Notes: a model not told the origin generated them from the sequence alone. Shown: positions 20,439-30,814, counted from the first letter of the stretch. The stretch: 64,000 nt of DNA from Candidatus Latescibacterota bacterium (GCA_965198115.1 OZ240241.1:3072001-3136000); one strand, 5' to 3'. Made by a program: numbers and translations.

Positions 20439-21026
20439 AAGTGCAAAACGGTAGACGAGTTTCCTTCTCCCTCCTGCCTTCTGCCTACTCACTCAATTGA
20501 GGTTTTCAATGGCCGAGACAGTTACAATCACCGATGTCCAAACCATTCTCACTCAGCCGGCCGGCTCCCGGCTCATCATAGTAAAGATCCTCACATCGGA
20601 CGATGGACTTTACGGGCTGGGTTGCGCGACGTTTACCCAGCGCTTCAGGGCCGTCCACACCGCGATCGAACAGCACCTCAACCCGTTCCTGATCGGCCGT
20701 GACGTCGACCGGATCGAGGAGACGTGGCAGATGTCGATGGTCAACAGCTATTGGCGGAACGGCCCCGTGCTCAACAACGCCATCTCCGGCGTCGACGAGG
20801 CGCTGTGGGACATCAAGGGCAAACGTGCGGGGATGCCCCTTTACCAACTGTTGGGGGGAAAGTGTCGGGAGGCCGCTGACACGTATGCCCACGCGGGCGG
20901 AAGGGACAAACACGAGGTCGTCGACAGCGTCCTCCATTACAAGGGCAATAACATAGTTGACACACCCACATCTCTGGGATATATTATGGGTGTAACAGGA
21001 ACCTTAACCCGGAGACGAGGGACACG

Positions 21027-21990
21027 ATGCCTACCAACGACGACCCCAAGACCCTGCTCGAAGCCATCCAGTTCTTTGCCGACGAGGACGTTGCCTTTGA
21101 CTTTGTCGTGAAAATGCGCTGGGGTTCCGATGGCCCGGCCTGCCAGCATTGCGGCGAGTGCAACCCGTCCTTCGTCAAGACGCGCCGGGTGTTCAAGTGC
21201 CGTAAGCAACGCAAGCAGTTCTCCGTCCGCGTCGGGACCATCTTCGAGGAATCCAAGATCGGTTTGTCGAAATGGCTTCCGGCGATGTGGATGATTGCGA
21301 ACTGCAAGAACGGCGTCAGTTCCTACGAACTGGGCCGTGCGCTCGGCGTCACACAAAAGTCCGCGTGGTTTATGCTCCACCGTATCCGTCTTGCGATGCA
21401 GGACGATGATCCGGACGACAAATTCGGCGGGCACGTTGAGGTAGATGAAACCTTCATCGGCGGCAAGGCCCGAAACATGCACAAGGATCGAAAAGAGCGA
21501 GTCATCAAAGGTCGTGGCCCTGAAGGCAAGATCGCCGTCATGGGGTTGCTCCAACGTCACGGCGAAGATGATGGATCGAAGGTCCGCACCCGCATCGTCA
21601 GCAACCGAAAGAAGACACAACTCCAGGGGCAAGTCCGCATGAACGTCGAACCGGACTCCAGTGTCTACTCCGACGAACTCGCTTCGTATGAAGGGCTGGA
21701 TGGACGACTTCGCTCATCAGGTCATCAATCACGCTGAGAAGTATGTTGACGGGCTCATCCATACGAACGGTATGGAGAACTTCTGGAGCTTGCTCAAGCG
21801 CGCCCTGAGTGGAACCTATGTCAGCGTCGAACCCTTTCATCTTTTCCGTTACCTCGATGAGCAAAGCTGGAGATTCAACAACCGCAAAGGAACAGACGGT
21901 ATGCGATTCCTGAAGGTCGTAAAGTCGATCATCGACAAGCGCCTCACCTACTCCGAACTGATTGGAGACGAACGGTGGCAGACCGCGTAA
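21027..21990 (+). CDS. IS1595-family transposase; one-base frameshift near 21702
   Basis: Zn ribbon CQHC, HTH, EVDETF, SDE, HTNGMENFWS, YLDEQ; split between ORFs 21027-21737 and 21661-21990. Confidence 0.88.
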
Positions 21991-22124
21991 CGAAACCCGA
22001 TCATCCCCGGACCGCCGCAGAGGCCCGAAGCGACGACCGTAAAGATGGACGGTCGTCGCTTGACCGTTTGGCGGAACTGACAAAGCGAATCCTCAAAGTG
22101 GACCCGTCCAAGATCGAGAAATGA
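21975..22124 (+). CDS. Small 49-aa ORF coupling the transposase to the passenger gene
   Basis: GTG start after GGAG; MADRVTK...LAELTKRILKVDPSKIEK*; ATGA overlap with the next gene. Confidence 0.5.
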   Translation: MADRVTKPDHPRTAAEARSDDRKDGRSSLDRLAELTKRILKVDPSKIEK

Positions 22125-22696
22125 TTAACCCAAAACAGCTATCAAATTGGCCTGACGACATAGAAGTAGAAGTTGGGATTGACGCCGTTTCCCGAATGTC
22201 GCCGAAGATAGCAGCTCTCGGGATGCAAGTTATCAGTGCTTGGTCCTATGTACAAATGGAACAGGTGTTAGCCGTAACCCATATGCTGAAGGCCGACTAT
22301 GCCGTAATGGCATCCGTTTTCGAGTCTCTAACGGGAGCTCGACGAATTGCTCTCAGAGCAGCAGCACAAAAAGCACTATCATCGGAAGACTTCAAGCTAT
22401 ACGAACAAGTAGGAAACTCTCTTGATACGGCAGCCAGGCACAGAGACCGATTCGCACATTGGCTCTGGATGTATTCCCCAGACATTCCTGATTCGTTACT
22501 CCTGCAAGATCCGTCTCATTTCTCCAACGCCGAGATTTCATACTCTCAGTTCAGGGCCGATCTGAACAAGGTCGGCCCCTTCATAGTCGATATGGATGCT
22601 GATGAAATTCAATCAGCTATGGATAGGATCAAAGCTCCACAACCAGACCCGATCAACCGGGCGGAGACACAGGTCTACTCCAGAGAACTCATCAAG

Positions 22697-24084
22697 GGTC
22701 AAGTCCCATAGTCAGTTGAAACTCATCGGGCTCCGTGGTATTCATGCTCTCTGCCGAGCATCTTGATTGTCGCCGAGATTCAGGTTGTTTTTCAGTGCTT
22801 GCCTGAGCAGCGGGAGGTGTTTGTATCCGCTCACGCGTCGCAGGCGTGGTTCGATGTCGAGGAGTGCGGCCGCGACCCATCTGTGTCGCTGAGGAGAGTT
22901 GTTCCAGCGGTTGACCTTCCGTATCAGGTTGCCGGTCATGCTGTTGAGCGCCTCGATGCAATTGGTGGTTCGGAAGCTTCGCTTCAAGAACGGGAGCATC
23001 CCCAGCCGGTGGAGGGTCAGGGTTTCCTCCAGTCCTTCCTCGAGGCTTGCCACGGCAGACTGATTCATCAGCTTGAGTTCGGGTTTGAGTGATTCGAGTG
23101 CGGCCTTTGCCTCCTCGTAGGTGTCGCAGTCATAGGCTTTCTGAAGTTTCCGTCGAACTCTTGGACGTTCTGCCTCCGGGAGGTAGCTGACGACGTTCTC
23201 GCGCTTGTGCCACTGACAGCGATGCACGCACACATCCCCTTTGAGGGCTTTGGTGACGGCACTGCGGAGTCCCTTTGAGCCGTCCAGCACAACGAGAAGG
23301 CCCTGGTCGTAGCACAGGCCTCTCCGGATGAGATCCTGGATCAGCTGACGGCAGATCCGTTCGTTCTCCGTCGCCGATTCGACGAAGCCCAGGGGGATCT
23401 TCTGGCCGTCCGTCGTGACGCCCGGAGCGATCACGATCTCTTCGTCGGCAAAGCTCTTTCCGTCGATGAACAGGGCGACCAAGTCGTAGTCGTCGAGCGG
23501 TCGTTCCTGGAACTGCTTCAGCTTCTTTGCGGTGGCTTTGATGAACCGTCGCGAGACGGAGGATGCCGAGATTCCGAACGCTTCGGGTACCGACTCTGCA
23601 CAGGCTCTGTAGTTGCGACAGGAGATTCCCTTGAGCACACGAAGCAGCAGCTTCTCATCCATCGCTCTGGGCCTCTGCATCCCCCGGTATGCGGCCAGAG
23701 AAACCTCCGTATCGGACTCGACGTCGCGCACACGGGGAACGGCCACCGGCAGCTTCTGGTCCATCAGATACACGGACCCTTTCTGGCTTCCCCATCGACG
23801 ATGCGACTGCTCTGAACCCTTACGCGCATACCGAACGCCTGCGAGCTGCTCCACCTCCTGCTGGAGCACGTCGGCAACGGCCTCCAGACCCAGCGGAATC
23901 AGCGCCCGGATCACCGATAAACGCGTCTCCAAATCCATAACGTCTGACCCAACCTTGACTTCGCCATCCCCTGCAAATAGCTTCTCCATCGTGGGCTCCT
24001 TTCTTACGGGTACACGCTCTCACACGTCTACCCACAACGTAAGTTTGGAGCCCTTTAAGTTTCAACTAGGATAGGGACCTCACC
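22697..24084 (-). mobile_element. IS256-family element (distinct type)
   Basis: IRs GGTCAAGTCCCATAGTCAGTTGAAACT / GGTGAGGTCCCTATCCTAGTTGAAACT; 9-bp TSD CTCATCAAG at 22688-22696 and 24085-24093. Confidence 0.92.
22742..23989 (-). CDS. IS256-family transposase
   Basis: LFIDGK, VLDGSKGL, RCQWHKRENV, FRTTNCIE. Confidence 0.92.
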   Translation of the reverse strand: MEKLFAGDGEVKVGSDVMDLETRLSVIRALIPLGLEAVADVLQQEVEQLAGVRYARKGSEQSHRRWGSQKGSVYLMDQKLPVAVPRVRDVESDTEVSLAAYRGMQRPRAMDEKLLLRVLKGISCRNYRACAESVPEAFGISASSVSRRFIKATAKKLKQFQERPLDDYDLVALFIDGKSFADEEIVIAPGVTTDGQKIPLGFVESATENERICRQLIQDLIRRGLCYDQGLLVVLDGSKGLRSAVTKALKGDVCVHRCQWHKRENVVSYLPEAERPRVRRKLQKAYDCDTYEEAKAALESLKPELKLMNQSAVASLEEGLEETLTLHRLGMLPFLKRSFRTTNCIEALNSMTGNLIRKVNRWNNSPQRHRWVAAALLDIEPRLRRVSGYKHLPLLRQALKNNLNLGDNQDARQRA

Positions 24085-24131
24085 CTCATCAAGTATCACA
24101 TCAAGAGAGCTTAGGGTTCGCGAATAAATAA

Positions 24132-25515
24132 GGCTCTATCCGGGTTTCTCAACGGTGAAACTATAGAATGACAAGGTCATAGATCGTTCCCTACGCTTGG
24201 TTGTGTGTGTAGGACAATCAAAGCGAAGGGGGTGCGACCTATGACCGGGAGCAGATTACTATCGAAACTGCTGAGATTCAAGGGGTTCCGTGTTGTCAGC
24301 TGGTGGTTTGAGGGGAGGAGCTGTTTCGTCATCGCCGTAAAGCCACATAAGAATGGTTGTTGTTGTCCGGAGTGCGGCCGTCGAGGTAAAATCGTCCGCA
24401 CAATGCCCCATCCGCGTCGGTGGCGTGACATTCCGGTGTGCGGGTGGAGGGTCTGGCTTCTCTACCATCCTCGGGAGATTCGGTGTCCTACCCACGGTCG
24501 TGTGGTCGAGGAGATTCCGTGGGCGGAGCGGTTGCGCTACTGCCAGACCATGACGCAGAAGGCGGCGTCCGAGTTACTGCGCATCTCTGCCTCGACGCTG
24601 TCGGATCTCCTTCACCGATCCATCACGCGGCTTCGTGAAGGTCATCGTATCCGAGGGCTCAAAACCATCGGGATCGACGAGATCTCCTACGCCAAGCGTC
24701 ACAGGTACGCCACGCTCGTTTACGATCTGGACCGCTCCTGCGTGGTGTGGGTTGGCCGCGGCAGGGCGCGTAAAACGATCGATCGGTTCTTCACAGAGGC
24801 TCTCAGTCCCTACCGGAGATCCAAGATCGAGTGGGCCTGCTGCGACATGAGCGAAGCTTACATCGGAGCCATCCAGGAACACTGTCCGAATGCCAAGCTG
24901 GTCCTCGATCGCTTTCACATCGTCAAGGCTCTCAATGCCGCCGTTGACGAGGTCCGTAAGGACCAGTGGCGTAAAGCTGCCCCGGATGAGCGCAAAGCCA
25001 TGAAGGGCCTCCGATGGCTCCTCTACCGGCACTCAGCGACACGCTCCAGAGGGGATACTCGGACACTCAAAGCACTGGAGAAGGCGAACTACCGAATCTA
25101 TAGAGCCTGGAGACTCAAGGACGAGTTCGAGCAGTTCTGGGAATACAAAGCGCCCTGGGCTGCCGAACGCTTCCTGAAATGCTGGACGACGTCCGCACTC
25201 AGAAGTCGACTTGAACCCCTGCGAAAGTTCGTCAGGACCCTGCGACAGCACTTCTTCGGCGTCCTCGCATTCGTGAACACGCGTCTTACCAACGCCATCG
25301 CCGAAGGCCTCAACCGAATCGTCCAAATCGTCAAGAACCGAGCCAGCGGATTCCGCACACTCGACGCATTCAACGATATGATCTTCCTTACCGTCGGAGA
25401 CATAAACATCCCTGAGCAGATTCCGAAGAGGTTCCGCACACTCTAACCGCGCCCCCATGCCAGGAACCACGGCACCTTCACCCACTTCATCTCGTTGAGA
25501 GATCCAGATATAGCC
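24132..25515 (+). mobile_element. ISL3-family element
   Basis: IRs GGCTCTATCCGGGTTTCTCAACG / GGCTATATCTGGATCTCTCAACG; 8-bp TSD ATAAATAA at 24124-24131 and 25516-25523. Confidence 0.92.
24241..25446 (+). CDS. ISL3-family transposase
   Basis: CPECG zinc finger, GIDEISY, CDM, LDRFHIV, TNAIAEGLN. Confidence 0.92.
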   Translation: MTGSRLLSKLLRFKGFRVVSWWFEGRSCFVIAVKPHKNGCCCPECGRRGKIVRTMPHPRRWRDIPVCGWRVWLLYHPREIRCPTHGRVVEEIPWAERLRYCQTMTQKAASELLRISASTLSDLLHRSITRLREGHRIRGLKTIGIDEISYAKRHRYATLVYDLDRSCVVWVGRGRARKTIDRFFTEALSPYRRSKIEWACCDMSEAYIGAIQEHCPNAKLVLDRFHIVKALNAAVDEVRKDQWRKAAPDERKAMKGLRWLLYRHSATRSRGDTRTLKALEKANYRIYRAWRLKDEFEQFWEYKAPWAAERFLKCWTTSALRSRLEPLRKFVRTLRQHFFGVLAFVNTRLTNAIAEGLNRIVQIVKNRASGFRTLDAFNDMIFLTVGDINIPEQIPKRFRTL

Positions 25516-25533
25516 ATAAATAAACGGTCGATC

Positions 25534-26742
25534 TCAATGTTGAGCCATTGGCCGGATCGTGTAGTTCCAGTCGCCGTGGAAATCGTGCGGAGTGAGATCG
25601 ATTTGGGTCATCTGTTCATCGGTCACCTTGACCCCGTTAGGGTAGGGTCGCTTGTCGATCTCGGAGCGTACTCGGAGACCGGCTTGAGTGGTCGTTCCGG
25701 CAATGAGATTCACGGTTGCAGCCAGGCTGACCAGGGGCTTGCCTCGCCAGTTCATAGCGATGAAGGAGAACAGGCGATGTTCGATCTTGTTCCACTTACT
25801 AGTGCCAGGAGGGTAGTGGCATACGGTGATCGTCAGGCCAGTGCGATTCGCAAAGCGCTGCAGCTCCCACTTCCACAGCCGCGTCTTGGCGCCGTTGCTG
25901 CCGCCTGCGTCCGCCGTGATTAGCAGATGCGTCGAAGTGCCGTAGGCGGGCCGTCCCATGTTCTTCCACCAACTTCGGATCGCATTCACGGCGAAGCTGG
26001 CCGTGTCGTGATCGATACCGACACTTACCCAGCCTTCATCACGGCTCAGATCATACACTCCATAAGGGATCGCCTTGCCCTGAGCAGGCACTATGAAATC
26101 GTGTACCTTCACACGCTCCGGGTCTCCCTTGGGTCGCCATTCTCGGCCAGGATTCTTGAAGTCGCCGATCAACTCTTTCTTCTTGGTGTCCACCGAGATA
26201 ACGGGAAGGCCCTGCTGCTGCTGCTGGCTAATCCGATCATCGAGGTAAACGAACTGAGCGTCCCGATCCGGGTGTGCAGATCCCTCCCTTGTCTTCCGAT
26301 TCGCCTGCAGCGTGTAATCGTGTTCGTGCAGGAGATTGGCAACGATCCTGGGGCTCACCGAATGCCCCATCGCTTGCAACTCGGCGGCCAGTTTGCGAGT
26401 GCTCTTCGATGTCCATCTCAGAGGATTGTCGTCAGGCGACCCCGCAGTCGTTGGCTCGACCAGATCATTCAGGTCCTGCCACAGCGTCGGGTCCGTGTCG
26501 GCCTTCCGCTTACGACCGCCGCCTGGACGCCGGATGCGAGCCGGGTCCAAAGGTTCGTCCGACCTCAACTCCTGAATGCCACGAAAGATCCGCTCTCTGG
26601 ACATTCCTGTCGCCAGAGCCACAATCGCGATCCCACCGTGACCCAACGCTTCGGCTTCCGTGGCGGCCCACAGACGACGCGTGCGTTCCGTCAGCACCGG
26701 AGCCAAGGCTTCATACTTCGTTCGGAGAGTTTCGACGTCCAC
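25534..26742 (-). CDS. ISAzo13-family (Rhodopirellula-type) transposase
   Basis: RIRRPGGGRK, ISVDTKKKELIG, ITADAGGSN, PPGTSKWNKIEHRLF, FHGDWNY. Confidence 0.95.
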   Translation of the reverse strand: MDVETLRTKYEALAPVLTERTRRLWAATEAEALGHGGIAIVALATGMSRERIFRGIQELRSDEPLDPARIRRPGGGRKRKADTDPTLWQDLNDLVEPTTAGSPDDNPLRWTSKSTRKLAAELQAMGHSVSPRIVANLLHEHDYTLQANRKTREGSAHPDRDAQFVYLDDRISQQQQQGLPVISVDTKKKELIGDFKNPGREWRPKGDPERVKVHDFIVPAQGKAIPYGVYDLSRDEGWVSVGIDHDTASFAVNAIRSWWKNMGRPAYGTSTHLLITADAGGSNGAKTRLWKWELQRFANRTGLTITVCHYPPGTSKWNKIEHRLFSFIAMNWRGKPLVSLAATVNLIAGTTTQAGLRVRSEIDKRPYPNGVKVTDEQMTQIDLTPHDFHGDWNYTIRPMAQH

Positions 26743-27845
26743 ACTCCGAGCGTAAGATCATTACCTTGAAAAGTGCAGCACTTATTTCGTGGCAAACCCT
26801 TATCTGGCTCAGCAGCTTGTTCGCCGTCTTCGCTGGCTTTCTGAGGGGCAACCATCGTATATAGCTGATCAAGTACGCCAAGACATACCGGCTCTGCTAC
26901 ATGCCGCGCACCATTTCGGTATTCAGGGCAATAGTAGCGAATGCAGTTAATAACCTCCTCCTCTATCACCTCAAGTAACTTCTCCGTCTTTATTGTGATC
27001 ATGTCTGGTATCGGCCTGTCCTTCTGAGTATAGCCCATTTCGGGTGTGCTTTCTATATTATTACCATTACAAGGAACAAGGCTACCGACACATCCGGATT
27101 CAGATGGGCGGCTATGGGGGCCAATCGGACTCTATACAGAAACCTGAAGGTTCACCCGAAGGGGCTTACTACCATCCACGCGAATATTGTCGGCTGATGG
27201 TCGATATGATCGAACACGTCCGAGCAGAGGTCGGCCCCGAAATCGAACTTCTTCACGACATTCACGAACGGCTTCGACCGATCGACGCCGTCCAGTTTGC
27301 CAAGGACCTCGAACCCTACAAGCTCTTCTTCCTCGAGGACGCACTCGCCCCTGAAGACATCGAGTGGTTCCGGAACATCCGTGAACAGTGTGCGACGCCA
27401 CAGGCGATGGGCGAACTGTTCAACCATCCACGTGAATGGACCCCGCTGATCGAGAACCGGCTGATCGATTTCATTCGAATGCACGTCAGTCAGATGGGAG
27501 GGATCACGCCGGCACGCAGCGTGGCGTCCTTCGCGAACATATATAATGTTCGCACCGCGTGGCACGGCCCGGGCGATACGTCCCCCGTCGGGCACGCCGC
27601 CAACCTGCACCTCGATCTGTGGGCACCCAACTTTGGCATCCAGGAATGGTGCCGATTCAACGACCTGTGCTACGAAATGTTTCCCGGGTTACCCGAAGTC
27701 AGGTCGGGCTATATGTATCCGAACGATCGGCCCGGGCTCGGGATCGACATCGACGAAGATCTCGCAGCAAAGCATCCCTGCACCGATGAAGTCATCCAAT
27801 GGACGCAGACGCGAGCCCCCGACGGGTCGCCATGCGACCTTGACA

Positions 27846-28724
27846 TTGAGTATCGAAAATCGAGCATCCTCAAACCCCGAGGCGCTGAATGCCCTTGCCT
27901 GGAACGATACCCAGAAGATCATCGATCTGACGCCCCAAAACCCCTACGAGCGCTTCGACGACGGTCGTCCCAAGGTTCCAGACGACATCATCGGGCGAAT
28001 GAAGCACGTGACCTCGGAAGAAGCGTGGGGCGTCCTCAACAGTAGTGACTATCAACTCGCTTTCGAAGGCGACTGGCAGATCCTCCATCCCGACCAGATC
28101 CTCGTCGGGCGCGCCGTTACCTGTCGGTATGTGCCCACACGGCCCGACCTGAACGAGGTCATCCAGGCCATGGGAGCCCAGGAGGGGCGGATCGGGGGCC
28201 AGAACTCCTGGGCCATCGACACGCTTCTACCGAACGATGTGATCGTCGTCGACCTGTTCGGCAAGATCGTCTGGGGCACCTTCGCTGGAGACAACCTCGC
28301 GACGGCGATCGCGTCCAACACCGACGGTGGCGGCATGGTCGTCTACGGCGGCATGCGTGACTACCAACGCGTCGTAGAACTCGAGAACTTCAACGGCTTC
28401 ATCAAGGGACTCGACCCCACACCTATCCGAGACGTCACCCTCGTCGAGATCAACGTCCCCGTCCGCATCGGTGACGCGACGTGTTTGCCCGGTGACGTTG
28501 TTCTCGGCACACCCACCGGGGTCACTTTTATTCCACCGCATCTTGCCGAGGCGGTTGTCGAACGGTCCGAAAGTGTACGTCTCCGCGATTACTTCGGGCA
28601 GATGCGGATACGTGAAGGTATCTACACACCGGGCGAGGTCGATCGTAAATGGTCGGAAGAGATGGAAGAGGATTTCGAGGAATGGGGTGAGACGCACAAT
28701 CTGGAGACAGAGGGGTTGATATAG
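27846..28724 (+). CDS. RraA/HMG-CHA aldolase-family protein (start uncertain)
   Basis: GRPKVPD, LVGRAVT, FAGDNLA, GGMRD, PGDVVLG. Confidence 0.8.
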   Translation: MSIENRASSNPEALNALAWNDTQKIIDLTPQNPYERFDDGRPKVPDDIIGRMKHVTSEEAWGVLNSSDYQLAFEGDWQILHPDQILVGRAVTCRYVPTRPDLNEVIQAMGAQEGRIGGQNSWAIDTLLPNDVIVVDLFGKIVWGTFAGDNLATAIASNTDGGGMVVYGGMRDYQRVVELENFNGFIKGLDPTPIRDVTLVEINVPVRIGDATCLPGDVVLGTPTGVTFIPPHLAEAVVERSESVRLRDYFGQMRIREGIYTPGEVDRKWSEEMEEDFEEWGETHNLETEGLI

Positions 28725-28760
28725 TCTGTTAACAGACCACGTTCAGGGACGTTAATGCGG

Positions 28761-28817
28761 TGGCCCTCACCCGTCTGGACGGGAGTCCAGACACCCTCTC
28801 CCGCTTGCGGGAGAGGG
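28761..28817. repeat. Left palindromic element flanking the DUF559 gene
   Basis: TGGCCCTCACCC followed by hairpins GTCTGGAC/GTCCAGAC and CCCTCTCCCGC/GCGGGAGAGGG. Confidence 0.7.
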
Positions 28818-28827
28818 GTTTCGGGCA

Positions 28828-29243
28828 ATGGCTTTTATGGATATGCGAGCACCGAAAGTAATACGGGAGCGGGCGATTGAGCTCAGGCAACGCTCCACGG
28901 CCGCAGAAAGTGTCCTGTGGCAGCGATTGCGGAATAGGAAGGCCGGAGGTCTCAAGTTCCGTAGACAGCACCCGATCGGCCGTTACATCGTGGACTTCTA
29001 TTGCGCGGAGGCGCGTCTTGTCGTTGAGGTGGACGGCCCGGTGCATCGTCGTCAGAGGGAATATGATCGAACGCGTACGAAAACCTGGAATCACGCGGCT
29101 ACAAGGTCATCCGCTACACCAACGAGGAAGTGCTGAACGAAACCACCAGTGTTGTGGAGAGGATTGTGAAAGTAGCGATCTCCCGTCAAACGGGAGATCC
29201 TGTTCAGGGTGAGGGCCAGGGAGAAACCGATGAACGACGTTAA
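28828..29243 (+). CDS. DUF559 (Vsr-like) endonuclease; 1-nt frameshift near 29076
   Basis: AESVLWQRLRNR, FRRQHPIGRYIVDFYC, EVDGPVH; the corrected frame continues ENLESRGYKVIRYTNEEV. Confidence 0.85.
29177..29218. repeat. Right palindromic element flanking the DUF559 gene
   Basis: Hairpin GATCTCCCG/CGGGAGATC, then GGGTGAGGGCCA, the exact reverse complement of 28761-28772. Confidence 0.7.
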
Positions 29244-30479
29244 CACCAGCAGCAGACCATCCGACCTCAGGATCACGGACATGCGGGTTGCGCGTCTGGT
29301 CGACTGCCCGATGAGGTCCAATCTGATCCGGCTGGATACGAATCAGGACATCTATGGGCTCGGCGAGGTGCGGGACGGAGCGAGCGCCATCTACGCGCTG
29401 ATGCTCAAGAGGCAGCTGCTTGGCGAGAACCCCTGCGACGTGGATCGGCTGTTCAGGAAGATCAAGCAATTCGGCGGGCACGCGCGTCAGGGCGGTGGGG
29501 TCTGTGCTGTGGAAATGGCGTTGATGGATTTGCTGGCAAAGCATACGGCGTTCCCGCCTATCAGCTGGCAGGCGGAAGGTTCCGCGATCGAGTGCGCATC
29601 TACTGTGACACCAATTCGACACCCGACGCAGAACAGATGGGCAAACGCCTGCAGGGCAGGATCGAGATGGGCTTCACCTTTCTCAAGATTGACATCGGCC
29701 TGCGCTTACTGAAAGACGTCGACGGCGCCATCTCCGCGCCGGACGGTATGCTCGAAACAACGCAGGTCATGCACCCCTTCACCGGCATCCAGATCACGGA
29801 CAAGGGCATCGACTGGCTCTGTGATTACGTAGCCACCGTTCGAGAATTGATCGGCTACGACATCCCGCTCGCTTCAGACCATTTCGGGCATATGGGCATC
29901 GAATCGTGCATCAGGTTGGGTAAACGCCTGGATCGCTTCAATCTCGCGTGGCTCGAAGACCTGGTCCCCTGGCAGTTCACGAATCAATACGTGAAGCTGT
30001 CAGAAGCGTGCGATACGCCGATCTGCACGGGCGAGGACATCTACCTCAAGGAGGGATTTCAGGATCTGTTCGAGAATCGGGCGATCGCTGTCTGCCATCC
30101 TGATCTCGCCACCTCCGGCGGCATCCTCGAAACAAAAAAGATCGGCGACCTCGCTCAAGACCACGGGATCTCGATGGCGCTTCATATGGCAGCCACCCCT
30201 GTCGCGCAAATGGCCAGCGTGCACTGTGCGGCTGCGACAGAGAACTTTCTCGTGCTGGAAAACCACGCCGTCGATCATCCTGACTGGAACGACCTGGTCA
30301 CGGGCCTGCCCAATCCGATCATCCAGGATGGCTACATCGCCGTCCCGGAAACACCAGGGCTCGGCGTGGACTTGAACGAGGAAGCCATTCGCGCCCACCT
30401 GCATCTGGACTATCCCGGCTACTTCGAACCCACGCCCGAATGGGACGCGGAACCGGTGAACGATCGGCTCTGGAGCTAG
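29230..30479 (+). CDS. Mandelate racemase/muconate lactonizing enzyme family dehydratase; frameshift near 29533
   Basis: GEVRDGAS, QGGGVCAVEMAL, corrected DLAGKAYGVPAYQL, KID, DHFGH, WLED, TGED. Confidence 0.85.
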
Positions 30480-30604
30480 TAAACCGTAGACCACCTCTCA
30501 CGTCGTTCGAGGCAGGCTACACACACGGAATACACGGACGGGAGGAACTGATCCAGATCGAGACCCTCGGGAAGGACGATCTCACTATGCAGGACGGAAC
30601 CAAA

Positions 30605-30789
30605 ACCACGAGACACACGAAATACACGAACTCGTCGGCCCCGGTACAGAGGAGAGAACACCTCCGGCGGTTCACTTAAAGAGCGAAGAAATTTCAGGTA
30701 CCAACTCCGAATAGGGGAATGATGGAGGCGTGGTAGCAGCAATGGCCTGGGGTTCGCATCCCTTTCGTGTCTTTCGTGTATTTCGTGGT
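30605..30789. repeat. Inverted pair of 9-bp-period repeats (ACACGAAAT-like)
   Basis: ACCACGAGACACACGAAATACACGAA at 30605-30630 versus TTCGTGTCTTTCGTGTATTTCGTGGT at 30764-30789. Confidence 0.65.
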
Positions 30790-30814
30790 AGAGTCTTCAA
30801 AGGCAGGAGTAATC

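Larger units (their letters stand above)
24114..26799 (-). mobile_element. ISAzo13-family element containing an ISL3
   Basis: Ends GGGTTCGCGAATAAATAA / GGGTTTGCCACGAAATAA; 3-bp TSD TTA at 24111-24113 and 26800-26802. Confidence 0.88.
22121..26950 (+). pseudogene. IS1595 passenger gene, putative HEPN-motif protein, interrupted by IS256 and ISAzo13
   Basis: RDRFAHWLW motif. Removing both ISs gives an open frame ...YSRELIK-YHIKRA-YLAQQLVRRL...SECS* ending at 26950. Confidence 0.65.
20944..27065 (+). mobile_element. IS1595-family element with passenger gene(s), carrying three nested ISs
   Basis: IRs GGCAATAACATAGTTGACACACCC / GGTAATAATATAGAAAGCACACCC; 8-bp TSD ATTACAAG at 20936-20943 and 27066-27073. 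Confidence 0.92.
20509..27843 (+). pseudogene. D-mannonate dehydratase-like enolase (ManD/RspA subgroup) interrupted by the nested IS stack
   Basis: The 5' part 20509-20943 (YWRNGPVLNNAISGVD...VLHYK) joins 27074 onward (EQGYRHIRIQMGGYGG...LLHDIHER...FLED...MGE...HGPGD) in frame once the element and one TSD are removed. A missing C near 27830 obscures the stop at 27841-27843. Confidence 0.9.

Noticed and set aside
18081-20492. 803-aa minus-strand ORF
   Set aside because: Antisense shadow of two well-supported plus-strand genes; no recognisable motifs; common in GC-rich DNA.
21661-21737. Programmed frameshift in the IS1595 transposase
   Set aside because: No slippery heptamer is evident, the family normally uses a single ORF, and one extra G explains the split.
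26691-27038. 115-aa minus-strand ORF as a second IS1595 passenger
   Set aside because: It overlaps the reconstructed passenger antisense and runs into ISAzo13; no motif support, though not fully excluded.
30480-30800. CRISPR array
   Set aside because: The repeats are short, inverted and lack regular spacers; no cas genes in the window.
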